From an uncultured Verrucomicrobiae bacterium (GTDB lineage Bacteria; Verrucomicrobiota; Verrucomicrobiia; Chthoniobacterales; JAATET01): a stretch of DNA of 64,000 nt. A program made the position numbers and the translations under genes. Under the pieces are notes generated by a model, which worked only from the letters and a program-made list of their open reading frames with translations, was not told the DNA's origin and did not search any database. Position 1 is the first letter of the stretch; each line of letters starts with the position of its first letter. Location: the NCBI GenBank assembly GCA_963719495.1, contig CAVRCI010000001.1, positions 224,001-288,000 on the forward strand. The letters are read 5' to 3'. Shown in pieces: positions 28,841 through 38,081 of the stretch.

Positions 28841-29747
28841 GACGCACGCGCGGGTTCAGCCCCGCCTGCGCGAGGTCGGCCAGAAAATTGAAGATCGAGA
28901 TCAGCGCCGCGTAAAAAAGCACCATCCCCAGCACCAGGGTGTAGTCCCGGTTCAGCGAAGCCGTGACGAAAAACCGCCCCAACCCCGGCACCTGAAAGAT
29001 CGACTCCACCACGAACGACCCCGTCAAGATTCCCGCCATCGCGGGCCCGAGATAAGCCACCACCGGCGACACCGCGAGCCGCATCGCGTGCTTCCAGACG
29101 AGCGTTCCCTCGCCGACCCCTTTCGCCCGCCCGCTCCGCACGTAGTTCTTCTTCAACTCCTCGACCAGCCCGCTCCGCATCAACCGCGCGACGTAGGCGA
29201 CGTAAGCCGCCGCCAGCGTGATCGACGGCAGAATCCGGTCCGCCGCGCTCCCCCAACCCGACGAATTCACGACCCCCAGCCAAAGCGCGAAAATCAAAAT
29301 CAGGACCGGCCCCACCACGAACGTCGGCAGACAAACCCCCAACGCCGACACCCCCATCGCCAGCCGATCCTTCCACGATCCCCGTCGAGTCGCCGCCCAG
29401 ATCCCCAGCGGAATCCCCACCCCCATCGCAATTAAGAGCGCCCACAGCCCCAACTCCAGCGACACCGGCAGCGCCTCCAGAATGATCTCGTTCACCGTCC
29501 GCCCCGGATATTTGAACGACGGCCCGAGATCGCCGCGCAGCAGATTCCCGAGGTATTGCCCGTATTGCGTGAGCAGCGGCTGATCCAATCCGTAGTGCGC
29601 CTCCAACTCCGCCAGTACCTCCGGCCGCACCGACCGGTCGTCGTCGAAGGGACCGCCCGGCGCCAGGCGAATGATGAAAAACGTGACCGTTGCCACGCCC
29701 CACAGCACCAGCAACATCGACGCAAAGCGTGCAACGAACATCCTCAT
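28833..29747 (-). CDS. oppB: Oligopeptide ABC permease OppB-like
   Basis: APGGPF, YGLDQP, GDLGPSF, RAKG, GSFVVESIF.VPGLG. Confidence 0.92.
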   Translation of the reverse strand: MRMFVARFASMLLVLWGVATVTFFIIRLAPGGPFDDDRSVRPEVLAELEAHYGLDQPLLTQYGQYLGNLLRGDLGPSFKYPGRTVNEIILEALPVSLELGLWALLIAMGVGIPLGIWAATRRGSWKDRLAMGVSALGVCLPTFVVGPVLILIFALWLGVVNSSGWGSAADRILPSITLAAAYVAYVARLMRSGLVEELKKNYVRSGRAKGVGEGTLVWKHAMRLAVSPVVAYLGPAMAGILTGSFVVESIFQVPGLGRFFVTASLNRDYTLVLGMVLFYAALISIFNFLADLAQAGLNPRVRHG

Positions 29748-29814
29748 GACCGCCATCCACCTTCGACTATCCGTCCCGCGTCGGACGACGCAAATCGCCG
29801 ACCCCACCCGCCGC

Positions 29815-31083
29815 TCACCGCCCGGCCCGCCGCCCGACGACCTCGCCCCGGCTCAGCTTGAGCAGCAGCATCGCGCTCATCTTCGCCCGCTCGGTCAAGC
29901 TCGGGACGAGCATGAACTCCTCGTCGCTGTGCAGATTCGCTCCCACCACGCCCAGACTGTCCAAAGTCGGCAACCCGACCGCCTGCAGCCGATTCCCGTC
30001 GCACGCCCCGCCCGTCGGAGCCCACGAGAGATCGACGCCGAACTCCCCACCGATCTCCGCCATCGCCTCGAGCAGCAGCCGCGTCCCCGCCGTCTCCGGC
30101 TTCGGCGAGCTCGAGAACTGCCCCAGCATTTCCACCCGACACCCGTCCGCTTCGTTGAGCACCCGCACGACCTCCGCCGCCCTCACCCGGAACCAATCCT
30201 CGTCCTCCGCCACCACCGTCCGCACGTTCACCAGACACGACGCCAACGCCGGCACGATGTTCGCCGCGCCGCCGCCCTGGATCTGCCCGACGTTCACCGT
30301 GAGTCCGTCCCGCCTCCCGTTGAGCCCGTCCAGCGCCGACACCAAGTGCGACAACAGACAAATCGCGTTCCGGCCCTTGTCGAAATCCCGCCCCGCGTGC
30401 GCCGCCTTCCCGTGCACGCGAAAGGTGAACGTCCCCGACCCTTTCCGCGCGCTCACCAACCCGCCGTCCGGCATCGAAGGCTCAAACACCAGCGCGACAT
30501 CGTGCCCCTCCGCGTGCCGCACCAACGACGGCTCGCTCCAAATCGACCCGATCTCCTCGTCGGGATTGAGAAAAACCGTCCACCCCAGCCCGCAGTCCGG
30601 CTCCACCATTCGCTCGAACGCTTCCAGCGCCGATAGCATTACCATCAGCCCCCCCTTCATGTCCGCCGTGCCCGGACCACGCAGCGTCTCACTCGTTCGC
30701 TCGGGCAGCTGAAACGGATCATCGGCTCCGAAAACCGTGTCGTAGTGTCCCACGAGCATCACCTGCAGGTCGGCGTCGGGCCGTTTGCGCACGGTCACGA
30801 TCCGCCGACTCCCCGCCGACAGCCGATCCCCCGATTCCTCCGACACCGCCGCCCCCATCTCTTCCTCCGCGACGACGCCTCCGAGCCGGTCGAAGCTCGC
30901 GGTCAATCGCCCGCGCATCGCGGCCAGCCCCGCCTCGTTCCAGCTGCCGGAATTGGTCCCGACCCACTCAGCCAACAGCTCGGCCCGCTCCGGTTCGACG
31001 GCTTCGAGCCGTCGAAGCTCACCAGCAAACACCCGCCCGGATAACGTTTCAGCCGTCGGCTCGGCGAGAGACTGCAACGACAC
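29815..31083 (-). CDS. M20 family amidohydrolase (carboxypeptidase G2/ArgE/DapE-like)
   Basis: GHYDTV, GPGTADMKGG, PDEEIGS, GKAAHAG, GGACDGN, G.NLHSDEE. Confidence 0.9.
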   Translation of the reverse strand: MSLQSLAEPTAETLSGRVFAGELRRLEAVEPERAELLAEWVGTNSGSWNEAGLAAMRGRLTASFDRLGGVVAEEEMGAAVSEESGDRLSAGSRRIVTVRKRPDADLQVMLVGHYDTVFGADDPFQLPERTSETLRGPGTADMKGGLMVMLSALEAFERMVEPDCGLGWTVFLNPDEEIGSIWSEPSLVRHAEGHDVALVFEPSMPDGGLVSARKGSGTFTFRVHGKAAHAGRDFDKGRNAICLLSHLVSALDGLNGRRDGLTVNVGQIQGGGAANIVPALASCLVNVRTVVAEDEDWFRVRAAEVVRVLNEADGCRVEMLGQFSSSPKPETAGTRLLLEAMAEIGGEFGVDLSWAPTGGACDGNRLQAVGLPTLDSLGVVGANLHSDEEFMLVPSLTERAKMSAMLLLKLSRGEVVGRRAGR

Positions 31084-31094
31084 CGCTCGAAACC

Positions 31095-31805
31095 TTAGTT
31101 CCCGCGTTGATCGGCGTTCGCCGGACGATCCGAGTCCTTCAAAAACGCACCGTGCCCGTCGAAGAAGACGTAGACCCGCCCGCCATTCACCGGCGCGTAT
31201 TCCTTGCCGTTCGGGAGTCCATTGTAATTCAGATTGTCGACGTCCGAAATCATCCAGATCTTGCTCAATCCCGAGGCGCTGAATCCGCGAGTCCCCTTCT
31301 CGTAATCCGCCGCAATGATCTGGATCGGATTCTTCGGCGGCGTTGTCGACCGCGACGAAGGGTAGCCGAAAAACCGCGCGGGTTCGGTCGTCGTCCGATT
31401 ATTCAACGCGAGCACGACCATATCCTTACTCACCTCCGCGGTCTTCGGGTTGCTCCCGATCCAGACGTTTTTCCGTTCTGGAATGTAGTCCGCAAGGAGA
31501 CGCCGCAGGTTTTTCTGCTGCTCCGACTCGGGTAGCAGACGCTCGTATTCGGGGGAGCTGATGAACGTCCAAGTCGGCCCAGGCAAGTGTCCGTTGTCGT
31601 TGGCGTACATCAGACACGCACCCGCAATGGTTCTTTGATTACTCAACGAACGCGTGATGTTTGCCGACGTGTTCATCTTGCCCACGACCGGGACCGCGAT
31701 CGCGGCCAGGATCGAGACAATGGACACGACGACCAGAATCTCGATGAGCGTGAAACCCCGGCTTGATGTCTCCACAGTTCGATTCCTTGGTTCGGCGATT
31801 CCCAT
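31095..31805 (-). CDS. Prepilin-type N-terminal cleavage/methylation protein with C-terminal H-X9-DG-like motif
   Basis: G|FTLIEILVVVSIVSILAAIAVP; C-terminal 'NGGRVYVFFDGH'. Confidence 0.9.
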   Translation of the reverse strand: MGIAEPRNRTVETSSRGFTLIEILVVVSIVSILAAIAVPVVGKMNTSANITRSLSNQRTIAGACLMYANDNGHLPGPTWTFISSPEYERLLPESEQQKNLRRLLADYIPERKNVWIGSNPKTAEVSKDMVVLALNNRTTTEPARFFGYPSSRSTTPPKNPIQIIAADYEKGTRGFSASGLSKIWMISDVDNLNYNGLPNGKEYAPVNGGRVYVFFDGHGAFLKDSDRPANADQRGN

Positions 31806-32623
31806 CAGGCAACCGTGATCCTCCGACGCATGACGAAGAATGCCAACAGCCCCAGCAGGCAGAGGGCGACCGTCCCGGGTTCCGGCACTGGCGCGGTCGT
31901 CAGCGTGATCGAGTCGATGTCCACGAAGCCGCCCGTTCCGTCGAAGCGCGTGGCGAGCTGGATCTCGCGGATCAGCAGATTGTCCTCGAACGCCGGATCA
32001 TCGATACTGAGAACCGATCCGATCGCGGTGAAGCCACTGCCATCGTCGAATTCCAACCCGTAAGTCTTGGCGTCCAGATTCACGGTGAGCCGGAAGACGA
32101 TGGGCGACGACAGGGTCAGCCCGAGAATCAGATCATCCGCGCTCGAATTATCGAACCCGGTGTCCGAGAAAGACCCCACTCCCACGTCCGCGCTCCCGAC
32201 GTCGAATTGGAAACCCGCGATGATCACCGCGGCGGGGTCGTCGTTGATGAGCGTAAAGCCCAATCGCGGACTCGACGTGCCGAAGTCCCAGCTACTCACG
32301 GTCACGTCCAGCGTGACGAAGCCGCTTGTGATGTCGGAGCCACCGTTCACCAGCGCGTAGGATCGGATCCCCCCCGTGCCGAAATCAACACCGCCGATCG
32401 TCAAACTCCCGATCCCGTCCGTCGCGACCCCCGTGATGTCGGAATCGAATCCGATTCCGCCGGGTGCGCTGTTGGTCACGCTCGTCAGCCCCGTCCCACT
32501 CGCTTCGTCGAATTGAAAACTGTCGACGACGGTCTGCGCCCGCGCCCCGTGAGTCGCCAGCCCGAGAGCCAGGGTGGCGATACCGAGAATCCCGGCGGCC
32601 ATTCGATTGATTGAATTCTTCAT
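31805..32623 (-). CDS. PEP-CTERM sorting domain surface protein
   Basis: Signal peptide; C-terminal VPEP + TM + RRR. Confidence 0.93.
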   Translation of the reverse strand: MKNSINRMAAGILGIATLALGLATHGARAQTVVDSFQFDEASGTGLTSVTNSAPGGIGFDSDITGVATDGIGSLTIGGVDFGTGGIRSYALVNGGSDITSGFVTLDVTVSSWDFGTSSPRLGFTLINDDPAAVIIAGFQFDVGSADVGVGSFSDTGFDNSSADDLILGLTLSSPIVFRLTVNLDAKTYGLEFDDGSGFTAIGSVLSIDDPAFEDNLLIREIQLATRFDGTGGFVDIDSITLTTAPVPEPGTVALCLLGLLAFFVMRRRITVA

Positions 32624-32718
32624 GATGTGTTGGTTGGTATTTTTTTGTCCCCAGCCCGCGAACGATTGACCCGCCCCCGGTTTTGATGCCGCGAGTCTCG
32701 CCGATCAGCGAGATTCGT

Positions 32719-32740
32719 CCATACGCCGAAGGTCGTATAT
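32719..32740. promoter_or_regulatory. Candidate operator ccATACGccgaaggtCGTATat
   Basis: ATACG-N8-CGTAT dyad between divergent PEP-CTERM and LuxR genes; 19/22 match to 38002-38023. Confidence 0.7.
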
Positions 32741-32782
32741 GGGCGGCTGACAGATCCGACCCTCGTTGCTAGGCTTCCCGCG

Positions 32783-33931
32783 ATGAAGCGCGCGGCGGCA
32801 GCTCACGAGTCCTTCGACCGACTCTACGATCACCTGCTCGCCCTGCACGGGGCGAACGACGTTCGTCCGCTCTGGAAAGCGATGCGCGACCTCCTCCTCG
32901 CCGCCGCCCCCAGCCACCGGGTCACCCTCTTCCTCGGCCACATCGGCATGGGCGACGCCCGCATGGTCTTCACCGACCCGCCCATCGAGAACGCCGCCAA
33001 ATGGTACGCCGACCGCGGCAAAGACAGTCCCTTCAACGGCTTCATCATCAAAAACCGGAAGCTCAAGCACTACCTGTTCAGCGACATTCTCCCGCCGCGC
33101 GCCGAGTTCCTCAAAACCCCTTTCGCCCGCCGCGTCGCGAAAGCCGAAGGCTGGGACAAGGGCGCCTCCTTCCTCTTCTGGGACAAAACCGGCGTGAAGG
33201 CGATGTTCAGCCTCTACCGATCCGCCCGCCAACCCGAGTTCACCGAAGGTGAGATCGCCCTCCTCCGTCGGCTCTACCCCTTCCTCGAGATCGCCATCGA
33301 CCGCGTCGCGCACACCCAAAGCGAACGCCAACACCGCCGCGGCCTCGAGGACTTCAACAAACGCATTCCCATCGGCCTCATCCTCCTCGACTGGGAACTC
33401 CGCCCACTCTTCGCCAACGAGGAAGCCCAGCAAAAGTGCCTCCTCTGGCAGCAGGGCTCGGACGATTCCCGCGCCTTCAATGCCCGGGAAGTGTTCGCCG
33501 TCCCCGACGAACTCGTCTCCGCCTGCGAGCAAGTGAAAGACCGCTTCATCGTCGAGGCGATGAAAGCCAGCCCCGACGCCGACTCCGTCCAATCCAGCGT
33601 CATGCACCCGACCGTCCCCGGCCTCAAAGCCACCGTCTCGATGGTCAGCCGCGCCGCCTCCAGCATCGCAAAACCCCGCCTCCTCATCCTCATCGAACAC
33701 CGCGCGACCTCCGCCGAACTCCGCGGCCGCGACGATGCCAAGGTCGCCCTCCTCGCCCGGCTCACGCCCTCGGAGAAGGAACTCGTCGAACACGTCTGCC
33801 GCGGCCTCAGCAACCAGGAACTCGCCGACCACCTCCACAAAAGCATCCTCACCGTGAAGACGCAGCTCACCAGCATCTTCCAGAAACTCAACGTCCCCAA
33901 CCGGGGCCGCCTCATCTCGCTGCTCAAATAA
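32783..33931 (+). CDS. LuxR-type C-terminal HTH transcriptional regulator with N-terminal sensor domains
   Basis: 'LTPSEKELVEHVCRGLSNQELA..L.KSILTVKTQLTSIFQKLNV.NR'; no receiver domain. Confidence 0.9.
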   Translation: MKRAAAAHESFDRLYDHLLALHGANDVRPLWKAMRDLLLAAAPSHRVTLFLGHIGMGDARMVFTDPPIENAAKWYADRGKDSPFNGFIIKNRKLKHYLFSDILPPRAEFLKTPFARRVAKAEGWDKGASFLFWDKTGVKAMFSLYRSARQPEFTEGEIALLRRLYPFLEIAIDRVAHTQSERQHRRGLEDFNKRIPIGLILLDWELRPLFANEEAQQKCLLWQQGSDDSRAFNAREVFAVPDELVSACEQVKDRFIVEAMKASPDADSVQSSVMHPTVPGLKATVSMVSRAASSIAKPRLLILIEHRATSAELRGRDDAKVALLARLTPSEKELVEHVCRGLSNQELADHLHKSILTVKTQLTSIFQKLNVPNRGRLISLLK

Positions 33932-35246
33932 ATTCGAACAACTCCCCGAGCTGCAGGATACCACCCAGCTCGACCAGCGCCCGCCGCGATTCCTCGCCCA
34001 ACGCCGGGTCCGCCAAGTCCGCCGGCCGCAATTCCTCACGGTAATTCCGCGTCACCCAATCGACCAACTCCCCGTCGAGCGCCGGATTGAAAAGCACCCG
34101 CCCACGCACGCGGTTCAACTCCTTTTCAGTCAGAACGACCCGCAGCCGCAGACAAGCCGGCCCGCCCCCGTTCGACATGCTCTGCCGCAAATCCAGGTAG
34201 CGGACTTCCGCCAGCGGGCAAGCCGGATCCGCCACCAACCGCTCGATCAGCGACCGCACGGAATCCGATTCCCGGCATTCCATCGGAGCAATGAGCGCCA
34301 TCCCCGCTTCATCGCGAAGGTCGACGATCTGACCATTGAACAAATAACTCGCCACCGCCTCCTCCAGCGACACCTCCGCGTTCGCCACGACCCGCACCCG
34401 CAAGTCGTCGCACGTCGCCCGCTCGCCAAAGACGGTCCGCAATTCCGTGCACACCGCGTGCGTCCCCTCGAACGCGCTCTCGTGACACAGGAAAAAAGAC
34501 CGGTTGCCCGTCGAGATCACGTCGTTGTGAAAAACCCCAGCGCCGATCGCCGAAGCATTCTGCCGCGCCAGGACGACGGTTTCTGGATCCAACCGATGCA
34601 AACGCGCCACGGCCAGACTCGCCTCCCGACCCTGCCGCGCCCCGGCGAGCCCGCCTCCGTGCACGAAAAGATGAATCCCCCGCTCCCCGTGCGCGTCCCC
34701 GTGCCCGCACAGCCTCACGTGATTCGCCGCCCCCTCGTCGCCAAATTCCGCGCACGCCGGCAGCGCGTCGTGAACCACGAAACACTCACCGTCCGCAAAG
34801 ATCGCCCGCAACACCCGGGTCGAAAACTCCGTCTCCAACGACCGATGCAGGTGCGACGCCAGGTTGGCCGGCGTCAGATGCACCCGCCCGTCCGCCGTGT
34901 CCGCCGACGGCGCGACCGTCGCGAGATTCGCCGCCCACATCGCCGATGCCGACGAGGCCGCCGCGAGAACATGAGGGGCAACGTCCGCCGCTTCCGCCGC
35001 CGAGCCAAAACCCAACCGCCGCAGCGCCTCCAGCGACGGCCGCGGGTGCGGCGGCAGCACCGCCTGCCGCACCCCCATCCCGTGCAGCAGCCTCATCTTC
35101 GCCAATCCCTCGAGCGCCGCCGCCCTTGGATGCGAGACCTGCCGCCGATGCGCCCGCGAGGCGTTGTTCCCCGCCGACAACCCCGCGAAATTATGCGTCG
35201 GCCCCGGCAGCCCGTCGAAGTTCACCTCGTAAGACCGCTCGATCAT
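33924..35246 (-). CDS. astB: N-succinylarginine dihydrolase
   Basis: EVNFDGL.GPTHN.AGLS.GN.AS, SSASAMWAAN, GDEGAANH, GVFHNDVI, SMSNGGGPACLRLRV. Confidence 0.95.
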   Translation of the reverse strand: MIERSYEVNFDGLPGPTHNFAGLSAGNNASRAHRRQVSHPRAAALEGLAKMRLLHGMGVRQAVLPPHPRPSLEALRRLGFGSAAEAADVAPHVLAAASSASAMWAANLATVAPSADTADGRVHLTPANLASHLHRSLETEFSTRVLRAIFADGECFVVHDALPACAEFGDEGAANHVRLCGHGDAHGERGIHLFVHGGGLAGARQGREASLAVARLHRLDPETVVLARQNASAIGAGVFHNDVISTGNRSFFLCHESAFEGTHAVCTELRTVFGERATCDDLRVRVVANAEVSLEEAVASYLFNGQIVDLRDEAGMALIAPMECRESDSVRSLIERLVADPACPLAEVRYLDLRQSMSNGGGPACLRLRVVLTEKELNRVRGRVLFNPALDGELVDWVTRNYREELRPADLADPALGEESRRALVELGGILQLGELFEFI

Positions 35247-36256
35247 CGCAACGCCACCCAGCTCACCACGTCGCCCACCCCGACCTCCAGCGCCGCCGCC
35301 GTCGGACCGTCCAACCACACGTCCGCCCCGTCCACCTCGAGCAACCCCGTCGTCACGCGGAAATCCAGCCGCCCGTTCGCCACCATCCATTCGCTCCCGC
35401 CCGCGATCTCCCTCACCCCAGCCAGTCGTCCACACCGCCGCTCCCGCACCGTCCGAACCTCGTCCACCTTCGCCGACAGCAACGGACCACCGTCGAAGAT
35501 ATCCACCCGCTCCCAAAACCGAAATCCCTCCCACTCCAACAAAGACCGCGCCGGCCGCGTTTCCACGTGCACCTGCCCAATGGCCGCCCGCGCGTCGTCC
35601 GGCAACAAAAACGCGTACACCGGATGCTGCGGCATCAGATCCGCGATGAACGTCTTGTTCCCGATCCCGCTCTGAAAATCCGCGGACCGAAAATCCGAAT
35701 TGAAAAAATGCGACCCCACCGCGTTCCAAAACGGCGCGCCCGTCTCCCGGTCCGACACCCCCCGCATCTCCGAGATCACCACCCCCTCGAACCGCTCGCG
35801 AAACGCCGCCAGGAACAAAAACCGCCCCAGCGACAGCAACCGCCCGCGCCCCCCGCCCCGCGACTTCGGCCGCAGATACAGCGAACAAATTTCCGAAGGC
35901 CCGCTGTGCTCCCGCACCAGATGCAGCACCTCGAAGTCCCGCGCCACCGCGAGCGCGTCGTGCCGGTGCGTCTCCCGCCGGATCTCGTAGGTGTAGAACG
36001 GATCGAATCCCCCGACCTTCGCCGCGATCCCCGACACCCCGAGCAACTCCCCCGACCCCGCGTCCTCCAGCCCGAAGAGATAGACCTGATCCCCCGGCCG
36101 CGTCACCCCCCGGCGGAACGCGTGCACCGACTCCGCCACCCGTCCCGCCAGAAAATCCTCGTCGTCCGGCAGGCTCGTCAGCGCGCACGGCTCCCGCCGC
36201 ACCATCTCCACGATCCCCCCCAGATCGCTTTCGCAAACCGGCCTCACGACCCCCAT
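35243..36256 (-). CDS. astA: Arginine N-succinyltransferase
   Basis: LTSLP, EICSLYL, GRLLS.GRFLF, SEMRG, PFW, F.ADLMP.HP.Y, DIFDGGP; overlaps astB start. Confidence 0.93.
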   Translation of the reverse strand: MGVVRPVCESDLGGIVEMVRREPCALTSLPDDEDFLAGRVAESVHAFRRGVTRPGDQVYLFGLEDAGSGELLGVSGIAAKVGGFDPFYTYEIRRETHRHDALAVARDFEVLHLVREHSGPSEICSLYLRPKSRGGGRGRLLSLGRFLFLAAFRERFEGVVISEMRGVSDRETGAPFWNAVGSHFFNSDFRSADFQSGIGNKTFIADLMPQHPVYAFLLPDDARAAIGQVHVETRPARSLLEWEGFRFWERVDIFDGGPLLSAKVDEVRTVRERRCGRLAGVREIAGGSEWMVANGRLDFRVTTGLLEVDGADVWLDGPTAAALEVGVGDVVSWVALR

Positions 36257-36257
36257 T

Positions 36258-36346
36258 GTAGCGGCGCGTCTAGGACCGCCGCTGGCTCCGCGACGATCGA
36301 TCCCCGCCTCCCCGTCCCCCGTCCGGCGGTCACGGACCGCCGCTAC
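36258..36346. repeat. REPIN-like inverted pair of GTAG-foot hairpins (family C)
   Basis: gtagcggcgcgtctaggaccgccg ... cggcggtcacggaccgccgctac; second pair at 41529-41614. Confidence 0.8.
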
Positions 36347-36366
36347 AGCCACGCCCTCCACCGACT

Positions 36367-37968
36367 TCATCGCGCAAACGGCACTGGCACCAGACTCAGC
36401 TGCTTCAGCCGCCGGTCGTTGTAAGGCGTCCCCCGCCACCCCGCGACCGCCGGTTGTTTGAGGATCACCTGCGTCGTGTAGAAAATCGGGATCGCCGGCA
36501 GTTCCCGTAAAAATTCCCGCTCCGCCTCGATAAAAAACTCCGCCCGCTCCCCCGCGTTCCCCTCCGCCTGCGCCTTCGCAATCCACCCGTCGAACGTCGC
36601 GTCGCTCCACCCCGCCTCGTTGAAATGATTCCCCGTCGTCCACGCCCCCAGAAAAAATTGCGGATCCTGAAACGTCGCCGCGTTCCAGCTCCCCCGCGCC
36701 AGGTCGAACCGCCCCGCGTTCTTCGTCGCGATCAGCACGCGCGTCTCCTGACTCGATATCTCGACCTCGATCCCCAGATTCTTCCGCCACATCTCCTGCA
36801 CCACCTCCGCGATCAACCGGTGCGGCGCCCGCCCGTCCACCAGGATCTCCACCGACCTCAGCCCCTTCCCGCCCGGATACCCCGCCTCCGCCAGCAACCG
36901 CCGCCCCTCCGCCACGTCATACCGCAGCACCCGCGGCGGGTCGTAACCCGGCATCCCCGGCGGACTGAACGACTCCGCCGCCCGCTTCCCACCCCGCAGC
37001 ACGTATTTCACCAGCGCCGCCCGGTCAATCGTCAGCGACAACGCCCGCCGCAACCGCACGTCGTCGAACGGCGGCCGCGTCACGTTCACCGTGTAAAAAT
37101 AAATCCCGAAATCCTCCAGCGTCTGGATCCACTCCGGATACTTCTCCTCGTAGAGCGCGATCTTCTGCGGCGGCACCGAACTCGTCAGATGCAGCTGCCC
37201 GCTCCGAAACGCCGATTCCTCGGTCGTCGAATTCTCGATCGGCAAAAACGTCACCCCGTCCAGCGCGACGTTCGCCGCGTCCCAATACTCCGCGTTCTTC
37301 GTCACGATCACGTGCTTGTTCGGCGTCCACTCGCTCAGCCCGAACGGCCCGTTCCCCACCAGGGTCCCCGCCCGCGCCCACCCCGTCCCCCGCTCGTCGA
37401 TCCGCCCATACGCCTCGATGTTCGCCCGCTGCACCGGATAGAATTGCATCAGCGCCGACAGAAAAAACGGCGCGGGTTGCGTCAGCTCCATCTCCACGAT
37501 CCCCGGCTCCGGCGACCGAATCCCCACCTCGCCAAAATCCGTGACCGTCCCCTCCTGATAAGCCGAAGCGTTCCGCACGAACGCCAGAGTGTCCTCCACT
37601 TGATACGACCCCAGCTTCGGCGACAAAATCCGCCGCGCCGAATAGAGAATGTCCTCCGCCGTCAACGGCGACCCGTCGCTCCACCGCGCGTCCTCCCGGA
37701 TGTGAAACCGATACGTCAACCCGTCCGCCGACACCGTCCACCGATCCGCCACCCCCGGAGCCGGTTCCAAGGTCACCGGATCCGCCACCACCAAACCCTC
37801 GAAGAGCGCGCCGATGATCGTCCACTCCGCCGCTCCGCGAACGAGATAAGGGTCCAGCGACTCCGGCTCCGTCGAGTTCCCCTTGATCAGCATTTGCTCC
37901 CCCGCCAAACCCCACGACCCCGCCCCCGCGATCAGCAGAACACCAAGCCATTGCGAAACGAACTTCAT
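36367..37968 (-). CDS. oppA: Peptide ABC substrate-binding protein (family 5, OppA-like)
   Basis: EPESLDP, LFEGL, WSDG.PLTAED, GNGPF, PPFDDVRLRRALS. Confidence 0.92.
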   Translation of the reverse strand: MKFVSQWLGVLLIAGAGSWGLAGEQMLIKGNSTEPESLDPYLVRGAAEWTIIGALFEGLVVADPVTLEPAPGVADRWTVSADGLTYRFHIREDARWSDGSPLTAEDILYSARRILSPKLGSYQVEDTLAFVRNASAYQEGTVTDFGEVGIRSPEPGIVEMELTQPAPFFLSALMQFYPVQRANIEAYGRIDERGTGWARAGTLVGNGPFGLSEWTPNKHVIVTKNAEYWDAANVALDGVTFLPIENSTTEESAFRSGQLHLTSSVPPQKIALYEEKYPEWIQTLEDFGIYFYTVNVTRPPFDDVRLRRALSLTIDRAALVKYVLRGGKRAAESFSPPGMPGYDPPRVLRYDVAEGRRLLAEAGYPGGKGLRSVEILVDGRAPHRLIAEVVQEMWRKNLGIEVEISSQETRVLIATKNAGRFDLARGSWNAATFQDPQFFLGAWTTGNHFNEAGWSDATFDGWIAKAQAEGNAGERAEFFIEAEREFLRELPAIPIFYTTQVILKQPAVAGWRGTPYNDRRLKQLSLVPVPFAR

Positions 37969-38001
37969 CCGCCCCGACCCTACCCGATCCCGAGCCCCCG
38001 C

Positions 38002-38023
38002 CCATACACCGAAGGTCTGATAT
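38002..38023. promoter_or_regulatory. Candidate operator ccatacaccgaaggtctgatat
   Basis: Lies between divergent oppA and cyanophycinase genes; 19/22 match to 32719-32740. Confidence 0.7.
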
Positions 38024-38081
38024 CCCACCCCCACCGCCGAATATCTTCGCTCCCCCCGCACCCCCCGCCAAAGATCATCGC

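Noticed and set aside
31095..31805. Type IV pilus or T2SS operon
   Set aside because: Single pilin-like gene with no secretin, ATPase or platform genes in the window
35247..36790. N-terminal extensions of astB (to 36236) and astA (to 36790)
   Set aside because: They overlap astA, oppA and a REPIN; family motifs begin at the ATGs 35246 and 36256
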